A stretch of DNA of 64,000 nt, from IMG/VR virus record IMGVR_UViG_3300043399_000561; one strand, 5' to 3'. The stretch is from a virus. Lineage: Duplodnaviria; Heunggongvirae; Uroviricota; Caudoviricetes. Shown piece after piece: positions 54,180-64,000 of the stretch (position 1 is its first letter; the number at the start of each line of letters is the position of its first letter). The notes beneath the pieces are model-generated. The model searched no databases and was not told the origin of the DNA. It was given only the letters and a program-made list of their open reading frames with translations. A program made the position numbers and the translations under genes.

Positions 54180-57100
54180 TTATGTCAAAATGTAACTAGA
54201 CACAATATTAACCTTTACATTTGCACCTGTGTTTGCTGCATATAATGAAACATTACCAGAAACACCATTGATATTAGCAGTAACATCGATGATATCAGCA
54301 GAAACGTTTGAGCAAATAGATCCATATATTGTAATATAAGCGTTCACCCCGTCGTGAACCAATAATGATTCAACTGATTGGTATCCATTATCGCCTGATG
54401 CACTAATGATATATTTAGCTGTTCTGAATGTTGCCGGAGCAAACTGATCAATTACAGTAGCACCAGAAATCGAAACATTTGATCTATTGCTGAGTAATCC
54501 GCCATTTAGTTTAACGTTGCCGGTTGTTACATTACCAGTTACAGTGAGCGAACTAAGAGTTCCAAGACTTGTAATGTTTGGCTGAGCCGCTGTAGTTAAT
54601 GTACCGGTTAGTAACGAAGCGCCGATCGTACCTGAGTTGGCATATACATTACCGGCAGTAACATTTGCAGTGAAGGAGCCAGCTGTGGCGCCCACGTTGC
54701 CGATATTTGCGTTGCCGACAATGTTTGCATATCCTGCAATGTTTGCACCAGTAGATGTTACAACCAACTGAGCAGTAGCGTTACCACCGATGAACGTAGA
54801 AACGTTACCACCTGAAGCAAGAGTGATATTAGAAGTACCATTCTGCACTAAGCCGGTATTAACAGTAGTAATGTTACCGGTAGTAATGATTGCAGTAGTA
54901 GTACCAAGATTACCAACGTTAGCATTTCCTGAAGCATTTAATGTGCCAGTAATATTTGCACCAGTTGATGTTACTACTAGAACGTTAGCGGTACCACCAG
55001 CACTAATGTTAACATTACCATTAGCAGAAGGAATATTTACATTTGAGTTACCATTTGCATGAACGCCTAATAGATTACCACCAGTGATATTGCCAGTAAC
55101 TGTAAGTGATGACAATGTACCGAGTGAGGTAATGTTTGGCTGAGCAGCAGTAGTTAGTGTACCAGTTAACAATGTAGCACTCAGTGCGCCAGTTGCAGCG
55201 TTGAATGAAACGTTAGCATTGGATGCTAATGCATAGTTAGCAGTCGTGTTACCGTTCACAAAAACCGGATAGAAAGTTCCAGTTGTTTGAGTAGTAACAA
55301 CATTAAAATCGCTGACATTTGCGTAAGCAACGTTAAGATTTGATACACGAGTTGTAGAAGTAACAGTTAATGGAGCAGTACCAGTAGCGACATTTGATGT
55401 TAATGTGCTTCCGATAACGGCAGCAGAAGTTAATAAGTTGCCGCCAGTAACGTTACCGGTAGCCGCAATAGAACCAGCAGTACCTAAGTTACCTACGTTA
55501 GCATTACCTGAAGAGTTCAATGTACCTGCTACGTTAACACCGGTTGATGTTACTACTAGAACGTTAGCAACACCGCCGACAGAAATATTGACGTTGCCAG
55601 CAGCAGCAGGAATTCTTACGTTAGAAGTAGTATTAGCAAGGGTACCTAAGAAGTTACCTGAAGTAGTATTGCCAGTAACAGTCAATGAACCTAGAGTACC
55701 AACGCTCGTCAAACTTGAATTTACGATAGATGAGTTAAGAGTGGTACCTGTCAAGTTAGCAGCATTTGCCTGAATAACGGTATTGCTTGCGGCTGTTAGC
55801 TGACCTTGCTGATTAACTGTAAAGGTTGCTACACTGTCACTACTGCCGTAGGATCCTGATGTAACCGCAGTGTTAGTGATGCTAAATGAATAGTCCGCGT
55901 TTAATGTCAAGCCGGTGTTAGCAGTATATGATTGAATACTACTGAACTGACTGAATACGATGTTGCTTGTACCAAACGTGATTGTACCCGATGGTGCGCT
56001 AACAACCCAAGAAGTATTCTTGTTTACTTGGCCACCACTTACGAAGAAATAGTCGTTGATACTTAAGTCAGTAGTGCTATCCGGACCGTAACTGTCTGCG
56101 TCAGTTGCACGAACAATAGTAGTTGCGTTAGCCCAAGTGTAAACACCGTTCCAAGCTGCGTTTGCTTCGTTCTTAACAAGGATACGAGTACCAACTGTTT
56201 GAACGTTTGCTGTATCGATTAAGTTGAACGAACCTGTAGTAACAAGATTTGCGCCGACGCCGCTTGCACCGTTGTTGTATGTCATTGTACCGCCGGTTGT
56301 TGTGGCTAGAGTTGTAGTTGTAGCAGCAGTAACGGCAGTGTGGAATGCAATACCAGTTGTAGCAATATTGTCTACGTATGCCTTAGTAGCAGCGTCTTGT
56401 GCATTAACCGGATTTTTAACACTAGTGATGTTTGTGGCATTAGCGTCAATATTACCGGTGCCGTTTGGCTTCAGGTTGATGTTAGTATTAGTACCAGCAC
56501 TTGTAATAGTCAATGCACCGGTGCGACCTAGAATGTTATCAGAAATTAAGTTTGCACTTGAAGTGATATTTCCTGTTGCAGTGATTAGTCCACCAGTACC
56601 TAAATTGCCTACGTTAGCATTACCGCTTGTAGTAAGTGCGGTTAAATTAGCGTTCGTTGCGCCGATATTACCAACGTTAGCATTACCGGTTGCATTCAAC
56701 GTACCAGTAATGTTTGCACCAGTTGCTGTTACTACCAATGAAGTGTTGCCAGCAGCAACAAGATTGACATTGCCACCTGAAGCAGGAATGCTTACGTTTG
56801 ATGTGCCATTAGAGATTCTATCTGTTTGAAGACCGGTTAACTGACTGCCATTACCAATAAAGAAGTTAGCAGAGATATTACCATTTGCGTCTCTTAATGC
56901 AATGGTGCTTGCTGTGTTAGCAGTAGCAGTAGTGTATCCATCAAGCAAGTCAGCATTAAGATTAGTAACAAGAGTATTTGATGTGACAACTAGAGGAGCA
57001 GTGCCCTGTGCTACGTTAGAAATAAGCTGCGGAGCAGTTACGTTAGCAGTGGCGAGAACCTGAGCAGTACCTAGATTACCGACGTTAGCATTACCAGTAG

Positions 57101-57710
57101 CGGTAATTGCAGTCACATTAGCATTTGTAGCACCAATGTTACCAACGTTGGCGTTACCAGTAGCATTCAACGTACCGGCTATGTTTGCACCGGTGGTTGT
57201 TACAACAAATACGTTAGAAACACCGCCTACTGAAGTAGTAACATTACCGCCGGAAGTGAAAATATTAATGTTTGACGTACCATTACTGATACCAGTACCA
57301 GTGGGAACAGCAGCCCAAGATAGTCCGCCTGAACCATTTGTTTGTAAATAGTAACCTGAAGAACCGCCGGTAATTGTAACATTACCTACCGCTCCTAGAT
57401 TAGTAGTACCAGATACAGTAAGGCTAGTTAATGTGCCAACACTTGTAATATTGGGCTGTGCAGCAGTCGTTACCGTGCCTGAAGTGAGTGCCGTTGTAGC
57501 AGCTAGGTTAGCAACCGTTGTCGTGGAGTTTACGAGGAAAGGTGCAGTACCAGTCGTGACATTGCTAATGATCTGAGGGGCGGTAATATTAGCAGTTGCA
57601 AGAACTTGAGCGGTGCCCACATTACCAAGATTGGCATTACCGGTTGCAGCATCAATAGTCGCAGTTCCTACTGTCAACCCATTTTTAACATTAAAATTTC
57701 TAGTTGTCAT
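54180..57710 (-). CDS. Fibre-like structural protein (1176 aa), paralogue of the preceding gene
   Basis: N-terminus MTTRNFNVKNGLTVGTATIDA and shared internal modules. Confidence 0.65.
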   Translation of the reverse strand: MTTRNFNVKNGLTVGTATIDAATGNANLGNVGTAQVLATANITAPQIISNVTTGTAPFLVNSTTTVANLAATTALTSGTVTTAAQPNITSVGTLTSLTVSGTTNLGAVGNVTITGGSSGYYLQTNGSGGLSWAAVPTGTGISNGTSNINIFTSGGNVTTSVGGVSNVFVVTTTGANIAGTLNATGNANVGNIGATNANVTAITATGNANVGNLGTAQVLATANVTAPQLISNVAQGTAPLVVTSNTLVTNLNADLLDGYTTATANTASTIALRDANGNISANFFIGNGSQLTGLQTDRISNGTSNVSIPASGGNVNLVAAGNTSLVVTATGANITGTLNATGNANVGNIGATNANLTALTTSGNANVGNLGTGGLITATGNITSSANLISDNILGRTGALTITSAGTNTNINLKPNGTGNIDANATNITSVKNPVNAQDAATKAYVDNIATTGIAFHTAVTAATTTTLATTTGGTMTYNNGASGVGANLVTTGSFNLIDTANVQTVGTRILVKNEANAAWNGVYTWANATTIVRATDADSYGPDSTTDLSINDYFFVSGGQVNKNTSWVVSAPSGTITFGTSNIVFSQFSSIQSYTANTGLTLNADYSFSITNTAVTSGSYGSSDSVATFTVNQQGQLTAASNTVIQANAANLTGTTLNSSIVNSSLTSVGTLGSLTVTGNTTSGNFLGTLANTTSNVRIPAAAGNVNISVGGVANVLVVTSTGVNVAGTLNSSGNANVGNLGTAGSIAATGNVTGGNLLTSAAVIGSTLTSNVATGTAPLTVTSTTRVSNLNVAYANVSDFNVVTTQTTGTFYPVFVNGNTTANYALASNANVSFNAATGALSATLLTGTLTTAAQPNITSLGTLSSLTVTGNITGGNLLGVHANGNSNVNIPSANGNVNISAGGTANVLVVTSTGANITGTLNASGNANVGNLGTTTAIITTGNITTVNTGLVQNGTSNITLASGGNVSTFIGGNATAQLVVTSTGANIAGYANIVGNANIGNVGATAGSFTANVTAGNVYANSGTIGASLLTGTLTTAAQPNITSLGTLSSLTVTGNVTTGNVKLNGGLLSNRSNVSISGATVIDQFAPATFRTAKYIISASGDNGYQSVESLLVHDGVNAYITIYGSICSNVSADIIDVTANINGVSGNVSLYAANTGANVKVNIVSSYILT

Positions 57711-57731
57711 TTTATTCTTTCCTTTTGGGTA

Positions 57732-58748
57732 TTAGTCTGGAACATACGTTCCTAATAAATTTACTCTTGTATTTGCACTCAAACCAGTAGCACGTAACTC
57801 AACTATTCCAGTATTAATATCCGAATCTAATGTTATGATATCTGATCCAGTGGTGGACAAGTTACCATATACTGTAGTGATACTATTTATGTTATCGTGA
57901 ACCAAAAGCACCTCTAGAGCCTGGTAGCCCAAGTCATTACTAGCTCTGATAGTATACTTTGCCGAACGATATTCAGCAATGCTGAAAGAATCTATCACTG
58001 TGTCAACTGTTACGTATACTGGTGCGCGATTACTGTAAAGATCACCTACTCTAACATTCTGTGCAGTGACCGTACCGGTTGATATTATATTGGATGCGTT
58101 GAACGTGCCTCTAGAGGTGACATTTCCTGAGACTGATCCCATTATAATATTGGCTTCTAAACCAATATTAACATCGTCTACTAATGAAGCGAAAATACCC
58201 GCGTTGTTTCCATCTACCGCAATGACTGCTTGAGAGATTTTAACACAACCTGAGGTAGACACTAGGTAATTGGCGCTTACCGCATTAGCATTAGAAATAT
58301 TACCCGATACGATTAAATCACCTTGCAAATTTGCAGTATTAGAGCTAATCACAAGAACATTGCTAGTACCGGCCACAGACACACTTACGTTACCATTAGC
58401 AGCAACCTTAACGTTGCTGTTACCATTGACAATTGAAGTGCTATCTAATGAAACGAATACAAGATTCCCATTACCATCAGTCGATAAAACCTGCCCGGTC
58501 GAACCATCGGTATTAGGAAAGCTGTATTGCTCATAGAACGTTACAGTGTTTGATCCAATGTTTACTACGTTGGACCAGCTTCTTACACCGGTCGTAGTTG
58601 AAGTGAATAAACTACCAGTTGCTGTGGGTACACCCAAACTGGGTTCAGCGTTCGCAAGCCCCAAAAACTCATAGCGGCTGCTAGTGAGATTATTATAAGG
58701 AGTAACCGGAACACGACCACTTATTAGTTTAGATGAGTTCATCGCCAT
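57732..58748 (-). CDS. Fibre/tail-associated protein (338 aa), Ser/Asn/Val-rich
   Basis: ORF track; composition and synteny. Confidence 0.5.
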   Translation of the reverse strand: MAMNSSKLISGRVPVTPYNNLTSSRYEFLGLANAEPSLGVPTATGSLFTSTTTGVRSWSNVVNIGSNTVTFYEQYSFPNTDGSTGQVLSTDGNGNLVFVSLDSTSIVNGNSNVKVAANGNVSVSVAGTSNVLVISSNTANLQGDLIVSGNISNANAVSANYLVSTSGCVKISQAVIAVDGNNAGIFASLVDDVNIGLEANIIMGSVSGNVTSRGTFNASNIISTGTVTAQNVRVGDLYSNRAPVYVTVDTVIDSFSIAEYRSAKYTIRASNDLGYQALEVLLVHDNINSITTVYGNLSTTGSDIITLDSDINTGIVELRATGLSANTRVNLLGTYVPD

Positions 58749-58749
58749 A

Positions 58750-59088
58750 TTATGAGCCTGTCACCAACGTTTCTAGATAGCTCAATGTCAGTTGTGCGCT
58801 GGTGTCATCGCTACTAGCAAACTGTAATTCGTCGCCATAGTTCAAAATCAATCTACCTGTTAGCACGGTGATAGCATCATTTGTAGGTATGCTAGCTTCT
58901 TTTATCAAATTAGTGGTAATGCTGGATCTGACAATACTGGCTGTTACCTGTATAGTATCATTACCGTTGTTGCTTACTTGGGCTAATAGAACGACAGTAG
59001 CATAACCTAAAGGGGGAGTATACACGGTTGTCGTGGTGGTTGTTACATCAGCGAGTGTTGTTCTAAAATTATTTAATGCGGCTGGCAT
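58750..59088 (-). CDS. Small structural or assembly protein (112 aa)
   Basis: ORF track; Thr-rich. Confidence 0.4.
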   Translation of the reverse strand: MPAALNNFRTTLADVTTTTTTVYTPPLGYATVVLLAQVSNNGNDTIQVTASIVRSSITTNLIKEASIPTNDAITVLTGRLILNYGDELQFASSDDTSAQLTLSYLETLVTGS

Positions 59089-59104
59089 AACGTTTCCTTC
59101 TTCA

Positions 59105-60355
59105 TTAATCTGAACCCAAAGCCAGAATAAACGGGGTCATCTGTGCAAACAAACTTTGATAGTAATAGGTACCGGTGATAGTTCCTGTAGCCTGATTGAT
59201 AGTAAAACCATCACCAACCTTAAAGTTACCTTTCTGATCAGTACTGGTGTAAGTTACAATTCCGCCACCTGTTTGTATAACTTCATTAGCTGGAATAGGA
59301 ATACCGCCATATTGCGGTAGTGCAGTTGCAGGATTAGTACCAGCTCCCACATATTCAAACGTGTGTGCGCTTGCTATAATCGAGCTACGTACATAGAATG
59401 ACACTGCTGTTCCCGGTGGTGGATTCTTATTATAAATTTGCTGTATAACTACTGTAGCCTGACCCGCAGATGGGGTATCAGGAAAAATTGTATCAATAGT
59501 ATAGTAGTTTGGATCACCGTCAACAATCATAATAGTGTTAACGTTAGGTTGATCGGTGAGATTATCAATTACAAATGCACCTTGATATTGAGATACAATA
59601 GTTCCTGAGGTCTGTAGAGGTCCATATCCTTCGGCTACTAATCCATAATTGCCAATAGAACAGTCACTGCCGTTCAATGTGCAGAACGCACCGGATTCCA
59701 CGTGGATACCAATATCACACGCAATCGTGTAAATGTTTACAAGTTGACTATAACCGGTATTTACTATATGAATTCCTTTGCCGCCTCGATTGATGATCGT
59801 AAAGAAGCCAACAATCATTGCCTTTGTGCTATTTGCACTCACGTTGCTTCCGTCAATATACACTGCGGTGCCGGTTGTGGTAGTTGAGGTTAAGTTTTGA
59901 ATGTATGGACTAACGAATACATTTTGTGTGGGAGTAGATGGGTCAAAACTAAATCCATTAGCTAGATAGTTTCTAATAGAAATGCCCCACACATAACACC
60001 CGTTAGTAACATAGAATAAATCGTCAGCAGGAGTTTGTGGAATAACATTAACGTTTCTTAGATTATCACCCATCAGTGCTACGCTAGGAGGAATAGTAAT
60101 AGGATTAGCTTCTGTATAATTTCCAGGAGCTACTTGTACCGATACGTTGGTTGGTAATGATGCTGCAACTTGCATCGCGTGTTTAATTGTTAGAAACGGA
60201 TTGTTAAATGTACCGTCATTAGTATCGTCTCCGTTTTTTGCAACATACAATATCTTAGAAGGTGCGCCCACAAGATTTCCGTTGGAATCAATAACCGGTT
60301 TTGAGTTTTCTCCTGCTGAAAAACCACCAACTGAGTTAATCGGTCTTAATGCCAT
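59105..60355 (-). CDS. Tail fibre/spike protein, probably right-handed beta-helix (pectin-lyase-like) fold
   Basis: YVAKNGDDTNDGTFNNPFLTIKHA is typical of beta-helix depolymerase N-caps; N-terminus MALRPINSVGGFS is shared with the next gene. Confidence 0.45.
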   Translation of the reverse strand: MALRPINSVGGFSAGENSKPVIDSNGNLVGAPSKILYVAKNGDDTNDGTFNNPFLTIKHAMQVAASLPTNVSVQVAPGNYTEANPITIPPSVALMGDNLRNVNVIPQTPADDLFYVTNGCYVWGISIRNYLANGFSFDPSTPTQNVFVSPYIQNLTSTTTTGTAVYIDGSNVSANSTKAMIVGFFTIINRGGKGIHIVNTGYSQLVNIYTIACDIGIHVESGAFCTLNGSDCSIGNYGLVAEGYGPLQTSGTIVSQYQGAFVIDNLTDQPNVNTIMIVDGDPNYYTIDTIFPDTPSAGQATVVIQQIYNKNPPPGTAVSFYVRSSIIASAHTFEYVGAGTNPATALPQYGGIPIPANEVIQTGGGIVTYTSTDQKGNFKVGDGFTINQATGTITGTYYYQSLFAQMTPFILALGSD

Positions 60356-60392
60356 CTTTACTTGTTTCCTTTAGTCTCTATATTTATCTATA

Positions 60393-62207
60393 TTATTCTT
60401 CGTAGACCGTCATTTGAATCTTATACGTAGTTGGATTACTAGTGTAAGGTTCAACATATAGTGTCACTTGCGGTGGCGCAATAATGCTTCCGGGTTGATA
60501 ACCTACCGTGAAGTTTCCAACCAATCCATTAATGCTCAATGTATTATATTCGTTATAGTCTAATGTCTCATCGTACATAATAGCTGACAATTTACTAACC
60601 TGTCTTACGTTATCTAGTGGAGTGGTAGCAACAATAGTATAATCCACACTAGACACCGTAGTAGCGTTTAGTGACACGAGAGGAGTAACAGAAGTAGTAG
60701 ATGATGAAGCGTGTACCACATTTGATTTTGAGAACTTGTAAATGCCCGAACCAATTTCAATTGAATTAGCAATCAAGTCTCCTGCAACAGTCAACGTAGT
60801 AGTTGCACTATTGAATGTGAAGTATGGACTACCTCCAAACAAACCATTGTCATTGTATTGTATTTGTGAGTTTGAGCCTCCCGGGACGCCATTACCATTC
60901 GAAGTAGTTGTCTGCCAAGCTAGATTTCCTAATCCATCAGTAGTTAAAACTTGTCCGTTTGTTCCACCAAATATATGAATGTTACCTACATATCCCAATG
61001 ATACGTTAGGTGAAGTATTAGCTGATAGATTACCCAATACGTTCAGCTTTCCGCCGGTGTTAACTGTAAGATTTGAACCCACTGTTGTTTTTATAGTGTT
61101 TGCATTATCAACAGTTAATGTGTTTGAATATTGATTGAATGTAAAATTTGCAACGCCGCCGAACACGCCGCCATCGTTGAATTGAATTTGCGTTGTGTTG
61201 CCTCCTGGCAAGCCTGCATTAGCATTATTTTCAATCCAAGAAAGATTTCCAGAACCATCAGTTGATAATATATATCCTGCTAGGCCACCAGCAATGTGGA
61301 TATTAGATGGCTGTCCTAAATTTATATCAGGTGAAGTTGCAAAATTTACATTTCCTAAACCATAAAGTGTTCCGGTTATATTAGCAAATGTAGTGATTCG
61401 TATGTTAGCAGCATTCATTGTTCCTGCTGTACTAAAACTTGCAGCAGTAACAAAGCTAGAAGAAATGATACCACCGTTTCCTACTGAAAGATTGAGTAGA
61501 GTTCCCACTTGAGTGATATTAGGTTGATAACTATTGCTTACTGTGTTAGCAACACCGGCTACAATTCCAGTAAGCTGTGAACCGTTTCCTAAGAAATAAC
61601 TAGCTTGCACGTTTCCGGTTGCAACTATATTTCCTGCAACATTGACATTGGATGTATTAACCTTAGTTAAGTTTGCAGTCGTTGCATTAATATTAGTAGT
61701 AACAACAGTGTTCCCTATAGTCAAAGTGTTAGAGGTCTTGTTGTACATGAAGCCGGCATCGCCGCCAAATATACCTTGATCATTGAACTGAACCTGCATA
61801 TTCGAGCCGCCCGGGCTAGTGTTGCCACCACCATTGCCACCGCCTGCTACAGACCAAGTTAGTCTGCCTTCACCATCCGTCTGTAAGAAATATCCGTTTT
61901 CTCCGCCGCCGATAGAAAGTTGTGACACATCACCTAATGATAGAATCTTTCCATCCCAAGTGGCATTTGGAATTCCACCGAATGTTCCACTGTTATTGAA
62001 CTGTAATTGTGTGTCGTTTCCTCCAGGCAAAGTCATAAAAGGGGCGCCATTAGGGAAATAGAAAGCATTGGCATATATTACATTAGCAGATACATTACCA
62101 CTAAGATTGTTAAAGTTAGATACAATGTTGCCATTGCTATCCACAACTTCAATGGGAGGAATGTTAACTGAAAACCCACCCAATGAATTGAAAAGTTCTG
62201 CTGCCAT
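60393..62207 (-). CDS. Fibre-like protein (604 aa) with shared N-terminal motif
   Basis: MAAELFNSLGGFS against MALRPINSVGGFS; Gly/Asn/Thr-rich repeats. Confidence 0.55.
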   Translation of the reverse strand: MAAELFNSLGGFSVNIPPIEVVDSNGNIVSNFNNLSGNVSANVIYANAFYFPNGAPFMTLPGGNDTQLQFNNSGTFGGIPNATWDGKILSLGDVSQLSIGGGENGYFLQTDGEGRLTWSVAGGGNGGGNTSPGGSNMQVQFNDQGIFGGDAGFMYNKTSNTLTIGNTVVTTNINATTANLTKVNTSNVNVAGNIVATGNVQASYFLGNGSQLTGIVAGVANTVSNSYQPNITQVGTLLNLSVGNGGIISSSFVTAASFSTAGTMNAANIRITTFANITGTLYGLGNVNFATSPDINLGQPSNIHIAGGLAGYILSTDGSGNLSWIENNANAGLPGGNTTQIQFNDGGVFGGVANFTFNQYSNTLTVDNANTIKTTVGSNLTVNTGGKLNVLGNLSANTSPNVSLGYVGNIHIFGGTNGQVLTTDGLGNLAWQTTTSNGNGVPGGSNSQIQYNDNGLFGGSPYFTFNSATTTLTVAGDLIANSIEIGSGIYKFSKSNVVHASSSTTSVTPLVSLNATTVSSVDYTIVATTPLDNVRQVSKLSAIMYDETLDYNEYNTLSINGLVGNFTVGYQPGSIIAPPQVTLYVEPYTSNPTTYKIQMTVYEE

Positions 62208-62299
62208 ACAATAAGTCCATTTATTATCTTGTATTTATGCAGATGCCCAAATTATTAACACTGGTTTTAAGTTTTTAGGTTCGCTTATAAATAGATTAT

Positions 62300-62668
62300 A
62301 TGCTTACTGAACAACCACCAAGGCCAATCTGCGCTCATTGTAAGTTTGCTCTCAGTAAACCTAACGGAAAAAGCAAACACGGGTTTACGCAATGGCACAA
62401 GTATTGCGAAGACTGTGCAAAAACACTTTATTCAGGTAGATTCAAGCATCTACAACATAAAGGAAATGATTGTGAGGTGTGCGGGTTCGTACCAGAAGAT
62501 CGTATTCAACTTGATCTAGTATATAAGGATGGCAATAAGAAAAACAAAAAGAAAAATAATCTATTGACATTATGTGCTAACTGTGCTAGGTTATACAACA
62601 AGAAAGTTCGCACAGGTAAGAAATCTATATTGAATGCTACAGTGGATGGTGACACTAGAATTATTTAA
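62300..62668 (+). CDS. Degenerate HNH-like zinc-finger endonuclease, plus strand, inserted between the fibre genes and the nuclease gene
   Basis: CAHC, CEDC, CEVCGF..LDLVYKDGNKKN..NLLTLCANCARL. The layout is HNH-like but the first His is replaced by Tyr. Confidence 0.45.
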   Translation: MLTEQPPRPICAHCKFALSKPNGKSKHGFTQWHKYCEDCAKTLYSGRFKHLQHKGNDCEVCGFVPEDRIQLDLVYKDGNKKNKKKNNLLTLCANCARLYNKKVRTGKKSILNATVDGDTRII

Positions 62669-63108
62669 TTGCACCAGCTTTGTTTAGCTTCGCCGTAATA
62701 TTCTCGTGCATATCCATTCTGAATCAACATAGCTCGTAAGCTATGTCCATCTAAAATAATATCACCCAATACACGGCCGCCATACTTATCCCAGTCATAA
62801 AGAACGATTTGTCTTTTAGTAGCAATATCCACTAAATGTTTAGTAAATTGAGTGGCAGCTTGACCTCTCTGATCTTCGCTTGCACACTTTGCCCTAAAAC
62901 CTTTTTCAGGGGTGTCCACTCCAAACACACGAATACTGAGTTCTGGTTTTAATGGGGCTGGCAAAAAACTTGCCTTAAATGCTACAGTGTCTCCGTCAAT
63001 TACTCTTAATATGTCAACATCATACATAACACCTTGCGGAGTCTTTTGTGCAATTGCTAGAGTTGTTAATAGAAATATAGATAGTAAGGTAGTTATTATT
63101 TTTTTCAT
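62665..63108 (-). CDS. Secreted staphylococcal-nuclease (SNase/thermonuclease)-like protein
   Basis: Start trimmed to MKKIITTLLSIFLLTTLAIA (signal peptide); VIDGDTV, VRVFGVDTPE and downstream Arg/Tyr motifs of the SNase fold. Confidence 0.65.
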   Translation of the reverse strand: MKKIITTLLSIFLLTTLAIAQKTPQGVMYDVDILRVIDGDTVAFKASFLPAPLKPELSIRVFGVDTPEKGFRAKCASEDQRGQAATQFTKHLVDIATKRQIVLYDWDKYGGRVLGDIILDGHSLRAMLIQNGYAREYYGEAKQSWCN

Positions 63109-63119
63109 ATTGCATCCTT

Positions 63120-63482
63120 TTAATATTTTTGTAATTCTTTCCAACCTAAATCTTTAATTCTATCTGGACTGATCGTTTTTGTGGTATAATAGAATCCATT
63201 ACCATATTGCAATGGTAATCCGGTAACATCAATTTGCAACAATGTAAGTTGCTCATCATATAACCCTTCATCATCAAGATTACTTTCAATCCAACCACGC
63301 ACTTCTGTTATATCTTTAGTGTCGGTGATTAGATACGCTCTACTATTATCATAGAAATCTACATTTCTATCGTTTCTTGGTTCAAGTCCATATTTTAGTA
63401 TCTCAACAGCATTTTCTTCCGTGGTGATGTGGTAGGCTACAGATAGGTGAGTGGATTCTAGAAGGATTTCGTTGATACGCAT
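63120..63482 (-). CDS. Hypothetical protein (120 aa)
   Basis: ORF track. Confidence 0.4.
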   Translation of the reverse strand: MRINEILLESTHLSVAYHITTEENAVEILKYGLEPRNDRNVDFYDNSRAYLITDTKDITEVRGWIESNLDDEGLYDEQLTLLQIDVTGLPLQYGNGFYYTTKTISPDRIKDLGWKELQKY

Positions 63483-63533
63483 CTATTATTTAGTGTTGCT
63501 TACAGTTATCACCGTCTTAATGAATATGGCCAT

Positions 63534-63869
63534 TTATTTTCGGTTAAGTTGCAACTGAATTGATTCATATAATTCATAGAGGTCATCATAAAGTTTGTCA
63601 AAATCGGGATCATTTTCAATATGTTGCCAATCAGGATTAGTAAGTAATGCGTGAACATAACTAGATAATTCCAACATATCTTGTCGGGCACGAAAATTAT
63701 TTTGGTCATTTATTATTTTTGTGTATGCATTGAAATATGATTCAATATCAATATCATTACGAAGTTGCCAATATATTCTGATAGAGTCTCTATCTTCTAG
63801 TAAATCAGTTATTTTCATCGCTAATGTCTCGCTGTAGAATTGATTGCACAAATCTGTTAAGATCATCAA
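63534..63869 (-). CDS. Hypothetical protein (111 aa)
   Basis: ORF track. Confidence 0.4.
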   Translation of the reverse strand: MMILTDLCNQFYSETLAMKITDLLEDRDSIRIYWQLRNDIDIESYFNAYTKIINDQNNFRARQDMLELSSYVHALLTNPDWQHIENDPDFDKLYDDLYELYESIQLQLNRK

Positions 63870-64000
63870 CTTGCTGCTTTAACGTTTTTCTTGTTCCATC
63901 CTCATTCAATGATTCAGTTGGAGTTTCTTTGTATAATCTTCGCTTAGTCATCTCACATATCTTCCTTTTTACAGCTATCAGGTGATTCACATAGCAGTTC

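Larger units (their letters stand above)
51362..57710. repeat. Dispersed ~90-180-nt repeats shared within and between the two MxTRNFNVKNGLT fibre genes
   Basis: Near-identical segments around 52150-52600, 53950-54100, 56580-56760 and 57070-57250, encoding GNANVGNLGT / TLTTAAQPNITSVGTL units. Confidence 0.55.

Noticed and set aside
47257-56829. Many plus-strand ORFs (60-212 aa) inside the fibre genes with Pro/Val/Ala-rich translations
   Set aside because: They are reverse-complement frames of Thr/Gly/Asn-rich coding sequence (ACN, GGN and AAY codons give NGT, NCC and RTT on the other strand). The long minus-strand frames are uninterrupted and are the real genes.
45600-57300. Possible CRISPR array suggested by periodic near-identical DNA segments
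   Set aside because: The repeats are 90-560 nt and lie within continuous coding frames. They encode repeated protein modules, there are no short unique spacers, and no cas genes are present.
63805-63990. 61-aa minus-strand ORF at the right edge
   Set aside because: It overlaps the 63534-63869 gene by 65 nt in another frame and is barely above the size cutoff. It may be an N-terminal extension artefact or a separate tiny gene, which cannot be decided from this window.

Overview
This window is a piece of a large tailed-phage genome of moderate AT content, with features of a T4-like or jumbo myovirus. Almost every gene is on the minus strand.

Layout from left to right:
- 1-2907: the 3' part of a very large gene whose product carries repeated KOW/SH3-like modules.
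- 2926-3597: a Pnk-like P-loop kinase on the plus strand.
- About 3.6-17.8 kb: a tRNA island with roughly 40 tRNA genes, all on the minus strand. The set includes multiple isoacceptors for Pro, Ser, Leu, Arg, Thr, Gln, Tyr, Lys and Asn. One member is a tRNA-Leu(UAA) split by a cyanobacterial-type group I intron, and there are several aberrant, split or pseudo tRNAs. Mixed into the island are six free-standing endonuclease genes (HNH or PD-(D/E)xK), two tandem B12-binding radical-SAM genes, an AdoMetDC-like gene and small lipoprotein genes.
- 19-29 kb: an accessory block. It holds an SGNH hydrolase, an AAA+ ATPase, a PTH2-type peptidyl-tRNA hydrolase, an NAD+ salvage cassette (NAMPT, macro domain, zinc ribbon, NMNAT-Nudix), and a peroxiredoxin.
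- 29.5-34.3 kb: a host-like operon with a perfect sigma70-type promoter and a terminator. It encodes two lipoproteins, an SPFH/flotillin protein and a TonB-dependent outer-membrane receptor.
- 34-63 kb: structural and replication genes. These are a PAAR spike tip, a 1048-aa structural protein, glutaredoxin, class Ia ribonucleotide reductase NrdA/NrdB flanked by two paralogous unknown genes, and seven huge Gly/Thr/Asn-rich modular fibre-like proteins (up to 2321 aa). A plus-strand HNH-like gene and a secreted SNase-like nuclease sit at the right end.

Consensus TTGACA-N17-TATAAT promoters recur on the minus strand throughout the tRNA and accessory region. All calls rest on reading the sequence and the ORF translations by eye; no database search was possible.
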